IMG/VR virus record: IMGVR_UViG_3300008110_000081
Strand: one strand, 5' to 3'
DNA: 20,000 nucleotides
From: an uncultured virus (IMG/VR IMGVR_UViG_3300008110_000081)
Lineage: Duplodnaviria > Heunggongvirae > Uroviricota > Caudoviricetes
Shown here: positions 9,124 to 17,368 of the stretch, one piece after another
Layout: each line of letters begins with the position of its first letter
Position numbering within the stretch: the first letter of the stretch is position 1
Program-made: the position numbers and the translations under genes
The notes under the pieces: model-generated
What the model saw: the letters and a program-made list of their open reading frames with translations, nothing else
The model's database searches: none
Told to the model about the DNA's origin: nothing

Positions 9124-9542
9124 ATTTCTTTTTTAGCTTTTAAGTATCCTGTTAATTCAGCCAGGGAAGTGCTCATATCTCTCTGCATTGTTTCTACAGT
9201 GTCTAGCTTTAACCAAAGCTTTTCATGAGCATCTTGTTGTTCTTTTTTTAACTCACTAATTCTAGTGTAGATCTGAGATTCTTTTTTCTCAACATCATCT
9301 TTGTTTTTCTGCATTGCATCCATAATATATTGAATATTAGCTTTTTTAGAGTTCTTACCATGTACAAACTTCTCATTTGTAGAAGCCTTAAAGTCTTCAA
9401 GATCTTTTTTTATTGTTGCTGCATTTTCAGTTGCTTTATCAGCATTCCTTTTAAGAGCATATAGAAAGCCCAAGATACTTATAACAGCAACTATAATTGC
9501 TGCTACATCTTTGGCTCCAAAGGTTATTTCAGTTGCATCCAT
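9120..9542 (-). CDS. Membrane-anchored coiled-coil protein, holin/antiholin-like (140 aa)
   Basis: Single N-terminal TM (VAAIIVAVISILGFLYAL) followed by a long heptad region; ATGA-coupled to the holin-like gene. Confidence 0.65.
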   Translation of the reverse strand: MDATEITFGAKDVAAIIVAVISILGFLYALKRNADKATENAATIKKDLEDFKASTNEKFVHGKNSKKANIQYIMDAMQKNKDDVEKKESQIYTRISELKKEQQDAHEKLWLKLDTVETMQRDMSTSLAELTGYLKAKKEI

Positions 9543-9545
9543 ATA

Positions 9546-9577
9546 ATAATATACTAAAAAATTACTACTACACCAAA
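9546..9577 (-). promoter_or_regulatory. Promoter TTTG-N20-TATATTAT, 3 nt before the ATG at 9542
   Basis: Minus strand TTTG-gtgtagtagtaattttttag-TATATTAT-tat-ATG; same geometry as four other sites. Confidence 0.65.
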
Positions 9578-9838
9578 TTAATTTTCATCTACTGGTACTA
9601 AAGGGCTCTCTTTAGGGACATACAATATTAAGTCTAGATCTTTAACCCACATATAGTTTGGGTTGACACAATATTCCATCTCCTCAATAGAGATAACCCA
9701 ATTATCAGCGTTATCTTGGATAGGATTAAAATAAGAATCTGGAGCATACATTTGCCCTACTAATTCATCCTTTTGTTCTACTGTTAGAAGTCCTACATAA
9801 GTAGTATATTCTGCTCTTGTTATATCTGTTAGTTTCAT
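9578..9838 (-). CDS. Hypothetical protein (86 aa), probable partner/chaperone of the upstream fibre-like protein
   Basis: Acidic small ORF (GLLTVEQKDELVGQMYAPDSYFNPIQD) immediately downstream of the 529-aa gene. The role is inferred from position. Confidence 0.7.
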   Translation of the reverse strand: MKLTDITRAEYTTYVGLLTVEQKDELVGQMYAPDSYFNPIQDNADNWVISIEEMEYCVNPNYMWVKDLDLILYVPKESPLVPVDEN

Positions 9839-9850
9839 AATTTATATTTT

Positions 9851-11440
9851 TTAAACATTTCTAGCTAAGGTTACTTGGAAGGCATTAACTGCATTGTATA
9901 GTGCTAAGGCTTCTGCATCTGTTAATCCATCTCCTATTGATGCAAAAGCACATTGTTTATTTGAATAATTAGCTGTAGTACCCAACATATTTCCAGCACC
10001 TAAATACATATTAACATTAACATAGGCTGCTGTATCACTTACAACTGAGGTTGTTTCTGAAATTCCATTTTTATAAACTTCTCTATCAGTATTACTTCTT
10101 TTACTACCTACCCAAAAACCTTGAGCATTAAGTGTTGATGTAAAAGGTACTATTACAGTGGTGCTTCCTGCTATAAAATTAGCAGCAGCTCTTAAATGAA
10201 GATAACTTGCACCTCCATTACTAACACCAATTTCTATAGTTGCACCAACTGGAGTTGCAGTTCTTGAATAGTAACTTAAATGAGTTGATGTTGCTGTTAA
10301 TTGGGTTGATGGATTTAAAAAAGTATTTGCAAAAGCATTTGTACCATTTGGTAAATATCCATTTGCACTAAACGTACCACCACCACTAAACACTAATCTA
10401 AATGCTTCATTAGTATCTTGTGCATTAACTAAATTAAACTTACAAGTAGTAGCAGTTCCACCAACCATAGGGTAGATAGCTTTCATCTTAGTAAAGATAT
10501 TAGCAGTCTTTAAATCACTAACTAAAGTATTAGTAGCAGTTTGAATAGTAGTATCTGTTATCTGTGTACTAAATAAGAAAGCATTAGTTTCATTGTTGTA
10601 TGCAGGATTGTAATAAAAAGATTGAGCAGGATATATACTTCTACTTAAAGCTACTTGGTATTTTTCTGTAATTTGATAAAGCAATAAAGATTCATTTTGT
10701 GTTAGAAAATCACTACAAAAAGCAAATGCAATATTCCCTGTTGAATAACTACCTATTGTGCCATTACTATTAGTTGCACCTAAAACAATATCTGTTGTTG
10801 CATAAGTAGCTACTGCTGTTGTTGCACTTGATACAAATGTTCTATTTCTATTCATTATGTAAGTATCTGCTGCACCTACTCTTGAATTTACAATAAAACC
10901 ATCCATAGATAGCGTAGCAGTAACAGTTGTATTTGTAGAAGCCTTATTTGCACCCCTAACAAAAGTAGTATTTACCAAAATATCCATATTTGTTGAACCC
11001 ATAGGTCTTGCCCCACCGACTGTTAAGGCTTGGTTTATATAAATACCAATAGCTGCATAACCACTACCAAAAACAGTATTTGGTATTAAGAATGTACTTG
11101 CATAAGCATTTGTACCATTTGGTAAAGCACCATTGGAACTATGTGTCCATCCACCGTTAAAAGCTAATCTAAATGCAGCATTGGTATCTAAAGGATTTTT
11201 AAGGTTGAATTTATGAGAGGTTGCAGTTCCACCTACCATTGGATAAATAGCTTTAAATTTAGTCCAAATATTAGCTGCTTTGCTATCTACTACCCATTGA
11301 TTAACTGCATCTTTTTGAGTAGTAGTAAGAGTTACTCCTGCTGCACTTTCAGCATTAAAGAATAGTTGAGCATCTGGGTCATAAGTTGGTCCAGTTACTG
11401 TAGTCTGAAGACCAGCTCCCATTAGTAGTATAGATCCCAT
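9851..11440 (-). CDS. Virion surface/fibre-like protein made of two tandem ~257-aa domains (529 aa)
   Basis: KAIYPMVGGTAT..KFNL.N..DTN.AFRL.F.GG.T.S.NG.LPNGTNA.A.TFL.P occurs twice, and the halves end in QVALSRSI and QVTLARNV. T/S/N/G-rich, possibly a lectin-like beta-sandwich. Confidence 0.75.
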   Translation of the reverse strand: MGSILLMGAGLQTTVTGPTYDPDAQLFFNAESAAGVTLTTTQKDAVNQWVVDSKAANIWTKFKAIYPMVGGTATSHKFNLKNPLDTNAAFRLAFNGGWTHSSNGALPNGTNAYASTFLIPNTVFGSGYAAIGIYINQALTVGGARPMGSTNMDILVNTTFVRGANKASTNTTVTATLSMDGFIVNSRVGAADTYIMNRNRTFVSSATTAVATYATTDIVLGATNSNGTIGSYSTGNIAFAFCSDFLTQNESLLLYQITEKYQVALSRSIYPAQSFYYNPAYNNETNAFLFSTQITDTTIQTATNTLVSDLKTANIFTKMKAIYPMVGGTATTCKFNLVNAQDTNEAFRLVFSGGGTFSANGYLPNGTNAFANTFLNPSTQLTATSTHLSYYSRTATPVGATIEIGVSNGGASYLHLRAAANFIAGSTTVIVPFTSTLNAQGFWVGSKRSNTDREVYKNGISETTSVVSDTAAYVNVNMYLGAGNMLGTTANYSNKQCAFASIGDGLTDAEALALYNAVNAFQVTLARNV

Positions 11441-11442
11441 AA

Positions 11443-12153
11443 TTATGCAGCTTTATAACCAGAAGCAGATACATAAACATTTGCAGCTATACTACAAATA
11501 GCTTGTAATTTTGTATTAGCTGAAGGCATTTTTATTGGAGTAGGTAGACTTACTGAGAAACCACCACCAGCAGGGCCAGCATAACCAGAATATATAGGAA
11601 AGCCTGTATCATCTTGTAATGTAACAACTGTTCCAGCTGTAGCATCAGAGTTAGTAACTAGTATTTGGGTGATGTAATTAAATAACCCAGCACCTGGTGC
11701 TACAATTACATCAGTTGCTGCTACACCTGTGATAGCTGTAGTTAATCCTGATACTCCTGTTTTTTCTACTTGGTTAACATTTACTGTATTAGTTATACCT
11801 GTAAGAGTACCACCAAGAACTGTTACACCACTAGGAGCAGATATAGGTGTCAGGTCTCCAGGTAATGGAGCAAGTGGTAGTGTAGTTTGTAAAGTTTGAT
11901 TGAACCATACAGTAGCTGATAATGATGAGGTAGCTACATCTATGATATCATATCTTACAATAATATCACCTGTAGAATATCCTGTACCACAAACTGTACA
12001 AGTAGCTTGATAAGTTGTAGTTCTAGTTTCATAGTCTACACCAGGTAGAGCTGCAATGCTATCATTGATAGCACCTAATAACTGTAATGTTTTTATTTGG
12101 TATGGGAAGTTATTACCCTTGTTACCTTGATCTTTTAAATTTCCTATTGACAT
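11443..12153 (-). CDS. Putative virion structural/decoration protein (236 aa)
   Basis: T/G/V-rich, beta-type composition within the fibre gene block; C-terminal VYVSASGYK. Confidence 0.65.
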   Translation of the reverse strand: MSIGNLKDQGNKGNNFPYQIKTLQLLGAINDSIAALPGVDYETRTTTYQATCTVCGTGYSTGDIIVRYDIIDVATSSLSATVWFNQTLQTTLPLAPLPGDLTPISAPSGVTVLGGTLTGITNTVNVNQVEKTGVSGLTTAITGVAATDVIVAPGAGLFNYITQILVTNSDATAGTVVTLQDDTGFPIYSGYAGPAGGGFSVSLPTPIKMPSANTKLQAICSIAANVYVSASGYKAA

Positions 12154-12164
12154 TGTGTATAATT

Positions 12165-12998
12165 TTAATATGTTTTAAATAAAGTAAATAATTCTGTATA
12201 TATACTGTTTAAAGGATCTGCACTATTCCATTGTGCTGTTACATTTAAAGTATTATTAGTAGTTGTATCAAAGGTAGTATTATTTATAATACTTACATTT
12301 TCTCCTTCAAAAGCATTGCTAGCATCTTTTGTAAATGTAAACATAGCTGTAGATGCAATGCTTGCTACTCCAGCAACACCTAATGATCTTACTGTAAAGT
12401 TTATTTTTAAATCCCAGTGTTGATTAGTACAACTTGGCATAATAACATCATTTGTATCAGCTAGTAATATACCTGTTGTTGTTTTAATTCTTATCCTAAG
12501 TTTATCATTATTTTTAGAATTAATATGACCACTAAGATTAGCTTGAAAACTATCACCTACTTGAAAACTATTAGAAGGAATAGTTAATGTTCCTACACCA
12601 CCATCAAGTAAGGTTAATTCTGAGGTAGTATTTGTTATAGGTATTGAATTAGCAGTTTGAGCATATAAACCAGATACTGTTGGAGACACTCCAGGAATAG
12701 TTATTGTAGTTTGATTATTTAAAGGATCATCAGTAGCAGTAACACCTGTCCCTACAAAATTTATAACATGCTGTTTTGGAAGACTTATTCCTTCATCTTC
12801 TATAGAATAATATCCTGTATTTATAAGATCAGATAAAGAAATAACAAAAGGTGGATAAGTATTAGCATCACCTGAACCTACTCTTCTGTTGTTTGGTTGG
12901 TATACTCCTACTTGTAAGAATGTTTCATCAGCATTTATATCAGCTGCTTCCACTACCCTACCCTGTGCAATTAATGATTGTATTTTAACTATGTCCAT
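12165..12998 (-). CDS. Putative tail fibre/appendage protein with shared N-terminal module (277 aa)
   Basis: N-terminal MDIVKIQSLIAQGRVV...TYPPFVISLSDL module, then a DEG......INFVGTGVTATDD fibre-type motif and a beta-rich C-terminal domain. Confidence 0.7.
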   Translation of the reverse strand: MDIVKIQSLIAQGRVVEAADINADETFLQVGVYQPNNRRVGSGDANTYPPFVISLSDLINTGYYSIEDEGISLPKQHVINFVGTGVTATDDPLNNQTTITIPGVSPTVSGLYAQTANSIPITNTTSELTLLDGGVGTLTIPSNSFQVGDSFQANLSGHINSKNNDKLRIRIKTTTGILLADTNDVIMPSCTNQHWDLKINFTVRSLGVAGVASIASTAMFTFTKDASNAFEGENVSIINNTTFDTTTNNTLNVTAQWNSADPLNSIYTELFTLFKTY

Positions 12999-13008
12999 TT
13001 TTATTTTA

Positions 13009-13608
13009 TTAACTTATTTTGTAAACCATGATATGAACATCTACTGTTCCTGGTATTCCAGAAGCTACATCTAATTGAATTGTTAAATCTGATCCCCCAT
13101 TTAGTACATATTGTCCATTACAAGGAGGTGGCCAACAAGGAGATCCTATATAATTTAAGTTAACATAATTAGCTGGAACAAATAAATTATCTAATACATC
13201 ATCACAAGCTGGTGGTGTACATGGAGCAGCTTCTTGTGATTGCCAATAAAGATCTCCTCCTATTGATACTTGTAAATTTGATGCTGGTGTAAGTGATGTA
13301 TTAATAGTAGCATTTGATAAGTATGCATCCTGAGGTATAAACTTACCAGTAGGAAAAGTAAATACTTGAGGTAATGTTGTGTTTAAATCAACTGTTACAG
13401 TAATTGCATTAGGTACATTACTTCCACCACCACCTCCAAGTTCACTTAAAGGAATTACAAAAGGAGGATAAGTATTATTAGCTGATCCAACTTTCCTGTT
13501 ATCAGGATGATAAATACCAATCTGCACAAAAGCTTGTGTAGGATCTATATCAGTAATACTTACTACTCTACCTTGAGCAATAAGTGATTGGATCTTAACT
13601 ATGTCCAT
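13009..13608 (-). CDS. Putative appendage protein with shared N-terminal module (199 aa)
   Basis: Same N-terminal module (MDIVKIQSLIAQGRVV...TYPPFVIPLSEL), a GGGGGS linker and an unrelated C-terminal domain. Confidence 0.7.
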   Translation of the reverse strand: MDIVKIQSLIAQGRVVSITDIDPTQAFVQIGIYHPDNRKVGSANNTYPPFVIPLSELGGGGGSNVPNAITVTVDLNTTLPQVFTFPTGKFIPQDAYLSNATINTSLTPASNLQVSIGGDLYWQSQEAAPCTPPACDDVLDNLFVPANYVNLNYIGSPCWPPPCNGQYVLNGGSDLTIQLDVASGIPGTVDVHIMVYKIS

Positions 13609-14042
13609 TACTTAATTGTATAAATTTCATAGTACATATAGAATGCACCTTCCCATTGATCAGCTGCTGCTGGAGCAGGACTTGCGTTATATACTTCAAC
13701 ACCTAAACCATTTGGTATTAATACACCATTGGCAAGAATATAAGGAATAGCTTTATCACTTATTGCTGGTTTATAATATGGTGTAAGTTGTACATAGATG
13801 TTATCTTTATTAGCCGCAGTCAAATTAAGACTTGGGTTATTAATATAAATTTGAACAGCTCCATCAAAAGCTGGATCTGCACCACCAACAGTTTCTATAG
13901 CATCTATCTCAATAATACCTTTAAGGGTATTAACAGTGATAACATTTCCATCAACTAAAGAGTGACTGTAATATGCTGTTTTATTAATTTTATCACTAGC
14001 AGTCTGCCAGTTAAACACTTTGGGTAATTTGAATTCTTGCAT
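13608..14042 (-). CDS. Putative structural protein (144 aa)
   Basis: Beta-rich ORF coupled (TAATG overlap) to the downstream gene in the fibre block. Confidence 0.65.
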   Translation of the reverse strand: MQEFKLPKVFNWQTASDKINKTAYYSHSLVDGNVITVNTLKGIIEIDAIETVGGADPAFDGAVQIYINNPSLNLTAANKDNIYVQLTPYYKPAISDKAIPYILANGVLIPNGLGVEVYNASPAPAAADQWEGAFYMYYEIYTIK

Positions 14043-14065
14043 GTTTTTATGTTTTTAATTATTAA

Positions 14066-14968
14066 TTAAAGTCTTACTGCTCCTATTGACATAGTTGCTT
14101 GATTATGATAAATATAAGTATTATTTGGTATACCTGTTGGACTAATTGCTGCAACAGCTGCTGCATGGTCTGCATAAGAAGGTAATTCACTATTTGATAT
14201 AATAAACATACCAGATAAAGGATTTGCTACACCAGCATTTGTTCCAAGTGCTATTACATTATCTCCTGTATTAAGATCAGCTGCATTAAGACCAAACGCA
14301 TTAATATAATTACCTGTATTACTACTAGCAGCATTAAGACCCAAAGCATTTACATAATCACCTGTGTTACTTTTTGCTGACTGACTACCAATACTATTAA
14401 CATAATCTCCTGTGTTATCTCTTGCTGCTTCATTTCCAATAGCATTAAGAGCATTTCCTGTGTTTTGAAAAGCTGCACTATTACCAATAGCATTCACAGA
14501 TACTCCTGTGTTTTGAAAAGCTGCGGCATTTCCAATAGCGATTACAGTTACTCCTGTGTTTCCAACTCCAGCGTTTGTTCCTTGGAAGTTATTACCAAAT
14601 AATAAGTCATGATTATTATCAAGTACTTCTTGTAAAGTAGGTGTTATTTTAGGTATAGATGCAACTAAAGGACTTCCTGGAGTACCATCACCAGTTATAG
14701 TTGTACCATCTACTGATATTTGAACAATAGGATTTTGAGGATCTGTATTATCTGTATTTAAACCTGTTACAGATTGAACACCAAGACCACCTCCCATTAC
14801 ATCACCAGCTTTAATAGCATAGATAGGATAGTTAGTAGCCTTCATGCTATTAGTCCTATAGTGATTAGTGTACTTGCCGATCAGGAAGTAATCCTCATTG
14901 GGATCAACATCTGCCGGGTCTATGATTTTATCTTGGGCTTTTAAGCCATCAAAATTTACAACATCCAT
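14066..14968 (-). CDS. Fibre/adhesin-like protein with beta-solenoid repeats (300 aa)
   Basis: Diverged copy of the N-terminal module (MDVVNFDGLKAQDKII...YPIYAIKAGDV), fibre motifs DNTDPQNP, ITGDGTPGSPL and TPTLQEVLD, and seven 16-aa NTGxxVxAIGxxAAxx repeats resembling YadA-head-type beta-rolls. Confidence 0.75.
   Translation of the reverse strand: MDVVNFDGLKAQDKIIDPADVDPNEDYFLIGKYTNHYRTNSMKATNYPIYAIKAGDVMGGGLGVQSVTGLNTDNTDPQNPIVQISVDGTTITGDGTPGSPLVASIPKITPTLQEVLDNNHDLLFGNNFQGTNAGVGNTGVTVIAIGNAAAFQNTGVSVNAIGNSAAFQNTGNALNAIGNEAARDNTGDYVNSIGSQSAKSNTGDYVNALGLNAASSNTGNYINAFGLNAADLNTGDNVIALGTNAGVANPLSGMFIISNSELPSYADHAAAVAAISPTGIPNNTYIYHNQATMSIGAVRL
14225..14560 (-). repeat. Seven tandem 48-nt coding repeats
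   Basis: NTG codons recur every 48 nt from 14264 to 14552; the 21-mer tcctgtgttttgaaaagctgc is identical at 14456 and 14504. Confidence 0.9.
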
Positions 14969-14971
14969 AAC

Positions 14972-15003
14972 ACAATATACAAATAAAGTTATAAATATAC
15001 AAA
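14972..15003 (-). promoter_or_regulatory. Promoter TTTG-N20-TATATTGT, 3 nt before the ATG at 14968
   Basis: Minus strand TTTG-tatatttataactttatttg-TATATTGT-gtt-ATG; an additional overlapping TATATTTG lies at 15000-15007. Confidence 0.7.
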
Positions 15004-15015
15004 TATATTTTTATA

Positions 15016-17013
15016 TTACAATATATTTTCTATTTTGACATTTACTTGATTTACTGTCCATACTGATGCTGTTCCGTTATTTACAGTTATTCCTAAAAAA
15101 GCATTAGCTGTTGTTGAGTTAAAACCTGAAGATGTTGCAAAAGCACCACCTCCACCTACTGACAAACCGGTTTGATCTAGTTGATGTATAAGAGAGTAAT
15201 GACCAACTAAAATTGCAGAAGTACCAGCACCAACAGTTCTAAATGTACACTGAATAGTAAACATTCCTGTATCTATAGCTGCAGATTGAGCAGCACCTGT
15301 AAAAGATAATATTGTCGCATCTGCTGTTGTTGCAGCAGTTCCAAATCTTACAGTAAATGCTGGAGCTTGTACACCTGATGCTGTTTTTGAAACAGATATG
15401 TTCCAAGTTACAACTGTACCAGCTTTAATGTTAGCAGTAGAAATATTAGAACCTGTTAAGTAAGTTACTGTTGCTGCAGTAATTGCTTGAGCAATTGTAC
15501 TATTATTATATTGTAATCTAGATTTATCATTAAAAGTAGACCAGTCAGTAGAAGATAGATACCCATTGGCTAATGAGCTAGATGCTGTTTGAGCTATGTT
15601 TACTCCACTACCTATTACTGCACCTGTACCACCTGTTACTGTAATACCATCTACACCTACATCTGTTAAGTTACCAAAAGTTAAAGCATTTTGTTTAGCA
15701 TTCCATGTAGCAGCTGATGCTATTCTTGCATCTGCCAAAGTTCCTGTCCAACCAAGAGTTAAACTTACAGCCTGCAATAGTGCACTAGCTGGAGTACCTC
15801 CTAGTGTAAGTGTAACATTAGTATCATCTACTTTAGTAAGAGCTGATGGAGTAATAGAAGGAATACTAGGAAATGTTGCAAGAGATCCATCTCCTCTTAG
15901 ATACTCACTAATAGTACCTGTTGGTATTGGAAAATAAGTAAGAGCTGCAGCAGCTGTAGTTAAATAACTAGATAAACTTGCTACAGTAGCAATGACAGAA
16001 CTATCTACTGATAAAACATTAGGTGTTAATTCTTGTAAACCATATCCGGCAATTACAGCCTGAGCAATGTTATATTGAACATAAGATATATTAGTTACAC
16101 CTACAGTTATAGTACCTGGGGTATTCATTATAAAACCAAAACCTCCATATAATACCCCAGTAATTGTTAGAGTAAAATCTCCATAAGCTATTTCTCCTGT
16201 GGGATTATTATCAGAATCTGTAGATCTCTTAAGTATAAAAGGTGTGGTAGGACTACCTGCATCAAAGACATCATAGATACCATTTTCTATTCCTGAAGAC
16301 TGTTGCCAAACTAAGACTCTTTCAGTATTAACCATTGGCTGACTATCTACTACTAGAGCACCGTTGGATGTGGCAGTAAGAGTTGCACCAACTCCAGCTA
16401 CTCCATTGAAGTAAGTAGCTACCAAGTTTGCAGTAGTGGCTGCATGAACAGGGCTATGGAAGTTGATGCCAGCGGCTATGTTATCTACATATTGTTTAGT
16501 TGCTGCACCTAGTGCAAAAGAAGGATCTGCATTTAAGATTAATGATCCAGTCATTGTATCTCCAGCTTTATTAACTGGAGTATAACCTAAAGCAGTAGTC
16601 ACATCTCCGGAAGTTATTCCAGATATATATCCTGCTGGGTTAGCAGCATCATAAGGTGTAAATCCTAAAGCAGTTGTAACATCTAATCCAGTAATACCTG
16701 ATATATAACCTGATGGATTAGTTAAAGGATAATAAGTTAAGGCTGCTGTGGCAGATGTAAGATATCCACTTAGTGCACCTGAAGTAAGATAACCAGCTGG
16801 GTTAGTAGAGAGAGGATAATACAAAAGATCATATACAGGAGAACCTAATGACCAGTTGACTCCAGGGTTAGGATAAGATCCAGACAAATCACCGCCGGCA
16901 GGACCAGTTGGTGCTCCACCTCCAGTACTAGCGGTTTTGGGTTTACCATTTGAACCAATGATTTGTACATTGTGTTCCCCGTATACATTACCTGCGTTAT
17001 CTATTAATTGCAT
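15016..17013 (-). CDS. Tail fibre protein (665 aa)
   Basis: Fibre motifs GPAGGDLSGSYPNP, repeated NPxGYxxG and DVTTALGxTP, VNKAGDTMTG.L, AATKQYVD, YLRGDG and GYLSSTDWSTFN; beta-rich C-terminal tip. Confidence 0.85.
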   Translation of the reverse strand: MQLIDNAGNVYGEHNVQIIGSNGKPKTASTGGGAPTGPAGGDLSGSYPNPGVNWSLGSPVYDLLYYPLSTNPAGYLTSGALSGYLTSATAALTYYPLTNPSGYISGITGLDVTTALGFTPYDAANPAGYISGITSGDVTTALGYTPVNKAGDTMTGSLILNADPSFALGAATKQYVDNIAAGINFHSPVHAATTANLVATYFNGVAGVGATLTATSNGALVVDSQPMVNTERVLVWQQSSGIENGIYDVFDAGSPTTPFILKRSTDSDNNPTGEIAYGDFTLTITGVLYGGFGFIMNTPGTITVGVTNISYVQYNIAQAVIAGYGLQELTPNVLSVDSSVIATVASLSSYLTTAAAALTYFPIPTGTISEYLRGDGSLATFPSIPSITPSALTKVDDTNVTLTLGGTPASALLQAVSLTLGWTGTLADARIASAATWNAKQNALTFGNLTDVGVDGITVTGGTGAVIGSGVNIAQTASSSLANGYLSSTDWSTFNDKSRLQYNNSTIAQAITAATVTYLTGSNISTANIKAGTVVTWNISVSKTASGVQAPAFTVRFGTAATTADATILSFTGAAQSAAIDTGMFTIQCTFRTVGAGTSAILVGHYSLIHQLDQTGLSVGGGGAFATSSGFNSTTANAFLGITVNNGTASVWTVNQVNVKIENIL

Positions 17014-17327
17014 TATCTGAATTCAAATACTTGTATTACATAATTAGTTCCAGCAACTGAATTGTCAATAGCTATATAATCACCAGGTCTTAAGTAGTAA
17101 TTATTATTGTCAATAACTACATCACCAGCAGCTAAGTTGAAAGTATATACGGTAGTTGTTATAGCTTGCAGATTATCATATCTTTTAAGACTAACCGTAT
17201 TAGCAGCAGGATTATTAAACTTAAGATTTAATCTAGATCCTGTAGCTATTGGACAAGTATATAATGTTATACTACCTGTACCTAGTGTACCTTGTTCTGA
17301 TAATTCAGTCATAATTAATTCAGCCAT
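17013..17327 (-). CDS. Small putative structural protein (104 aa)
   Basis: Beta-sandwich-like pattern (TLYTCP...YLRPGDYI); coupled (TAATG) to the tail fibre gene. Confidence 0.7.
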   Translation of the reverse strand: MAELIMTELSEQGTLGTGSITLYTCPIATGSRLNLKFNNPAANTVSLKRYDNLQAITTTVYTFNLAAGDVVIDNNNYYLRPGDYIAIDNSVAGTNYVIQVFEFR

Positions 17328-17330
17328 GCT

Positions 17331-17362
17331 ACAATATACTATTTTATTTATGAATAAGCAAA
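17331..17362 (-). promoter_or_regulatory. Promoter TTTG-N20-TATATTGT, 3 nt before the ATG at 17327
   Basis: Minus strand TTTG-cttattcataaataaaatag-TATATTGT-agc-ATG. Confidence 0.7.
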
Positions 17363-17368
17363 ATTATT

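Noticed and set aside
9851..14968. Diversity-generating retroelement or invertible fibre cassette
   Set aside because: The repeats differ at synonymous sites of all base types rather than only at adenines, all copies are coding and co-oriented, and there is no reverse transcriptase or recombinase in the window.
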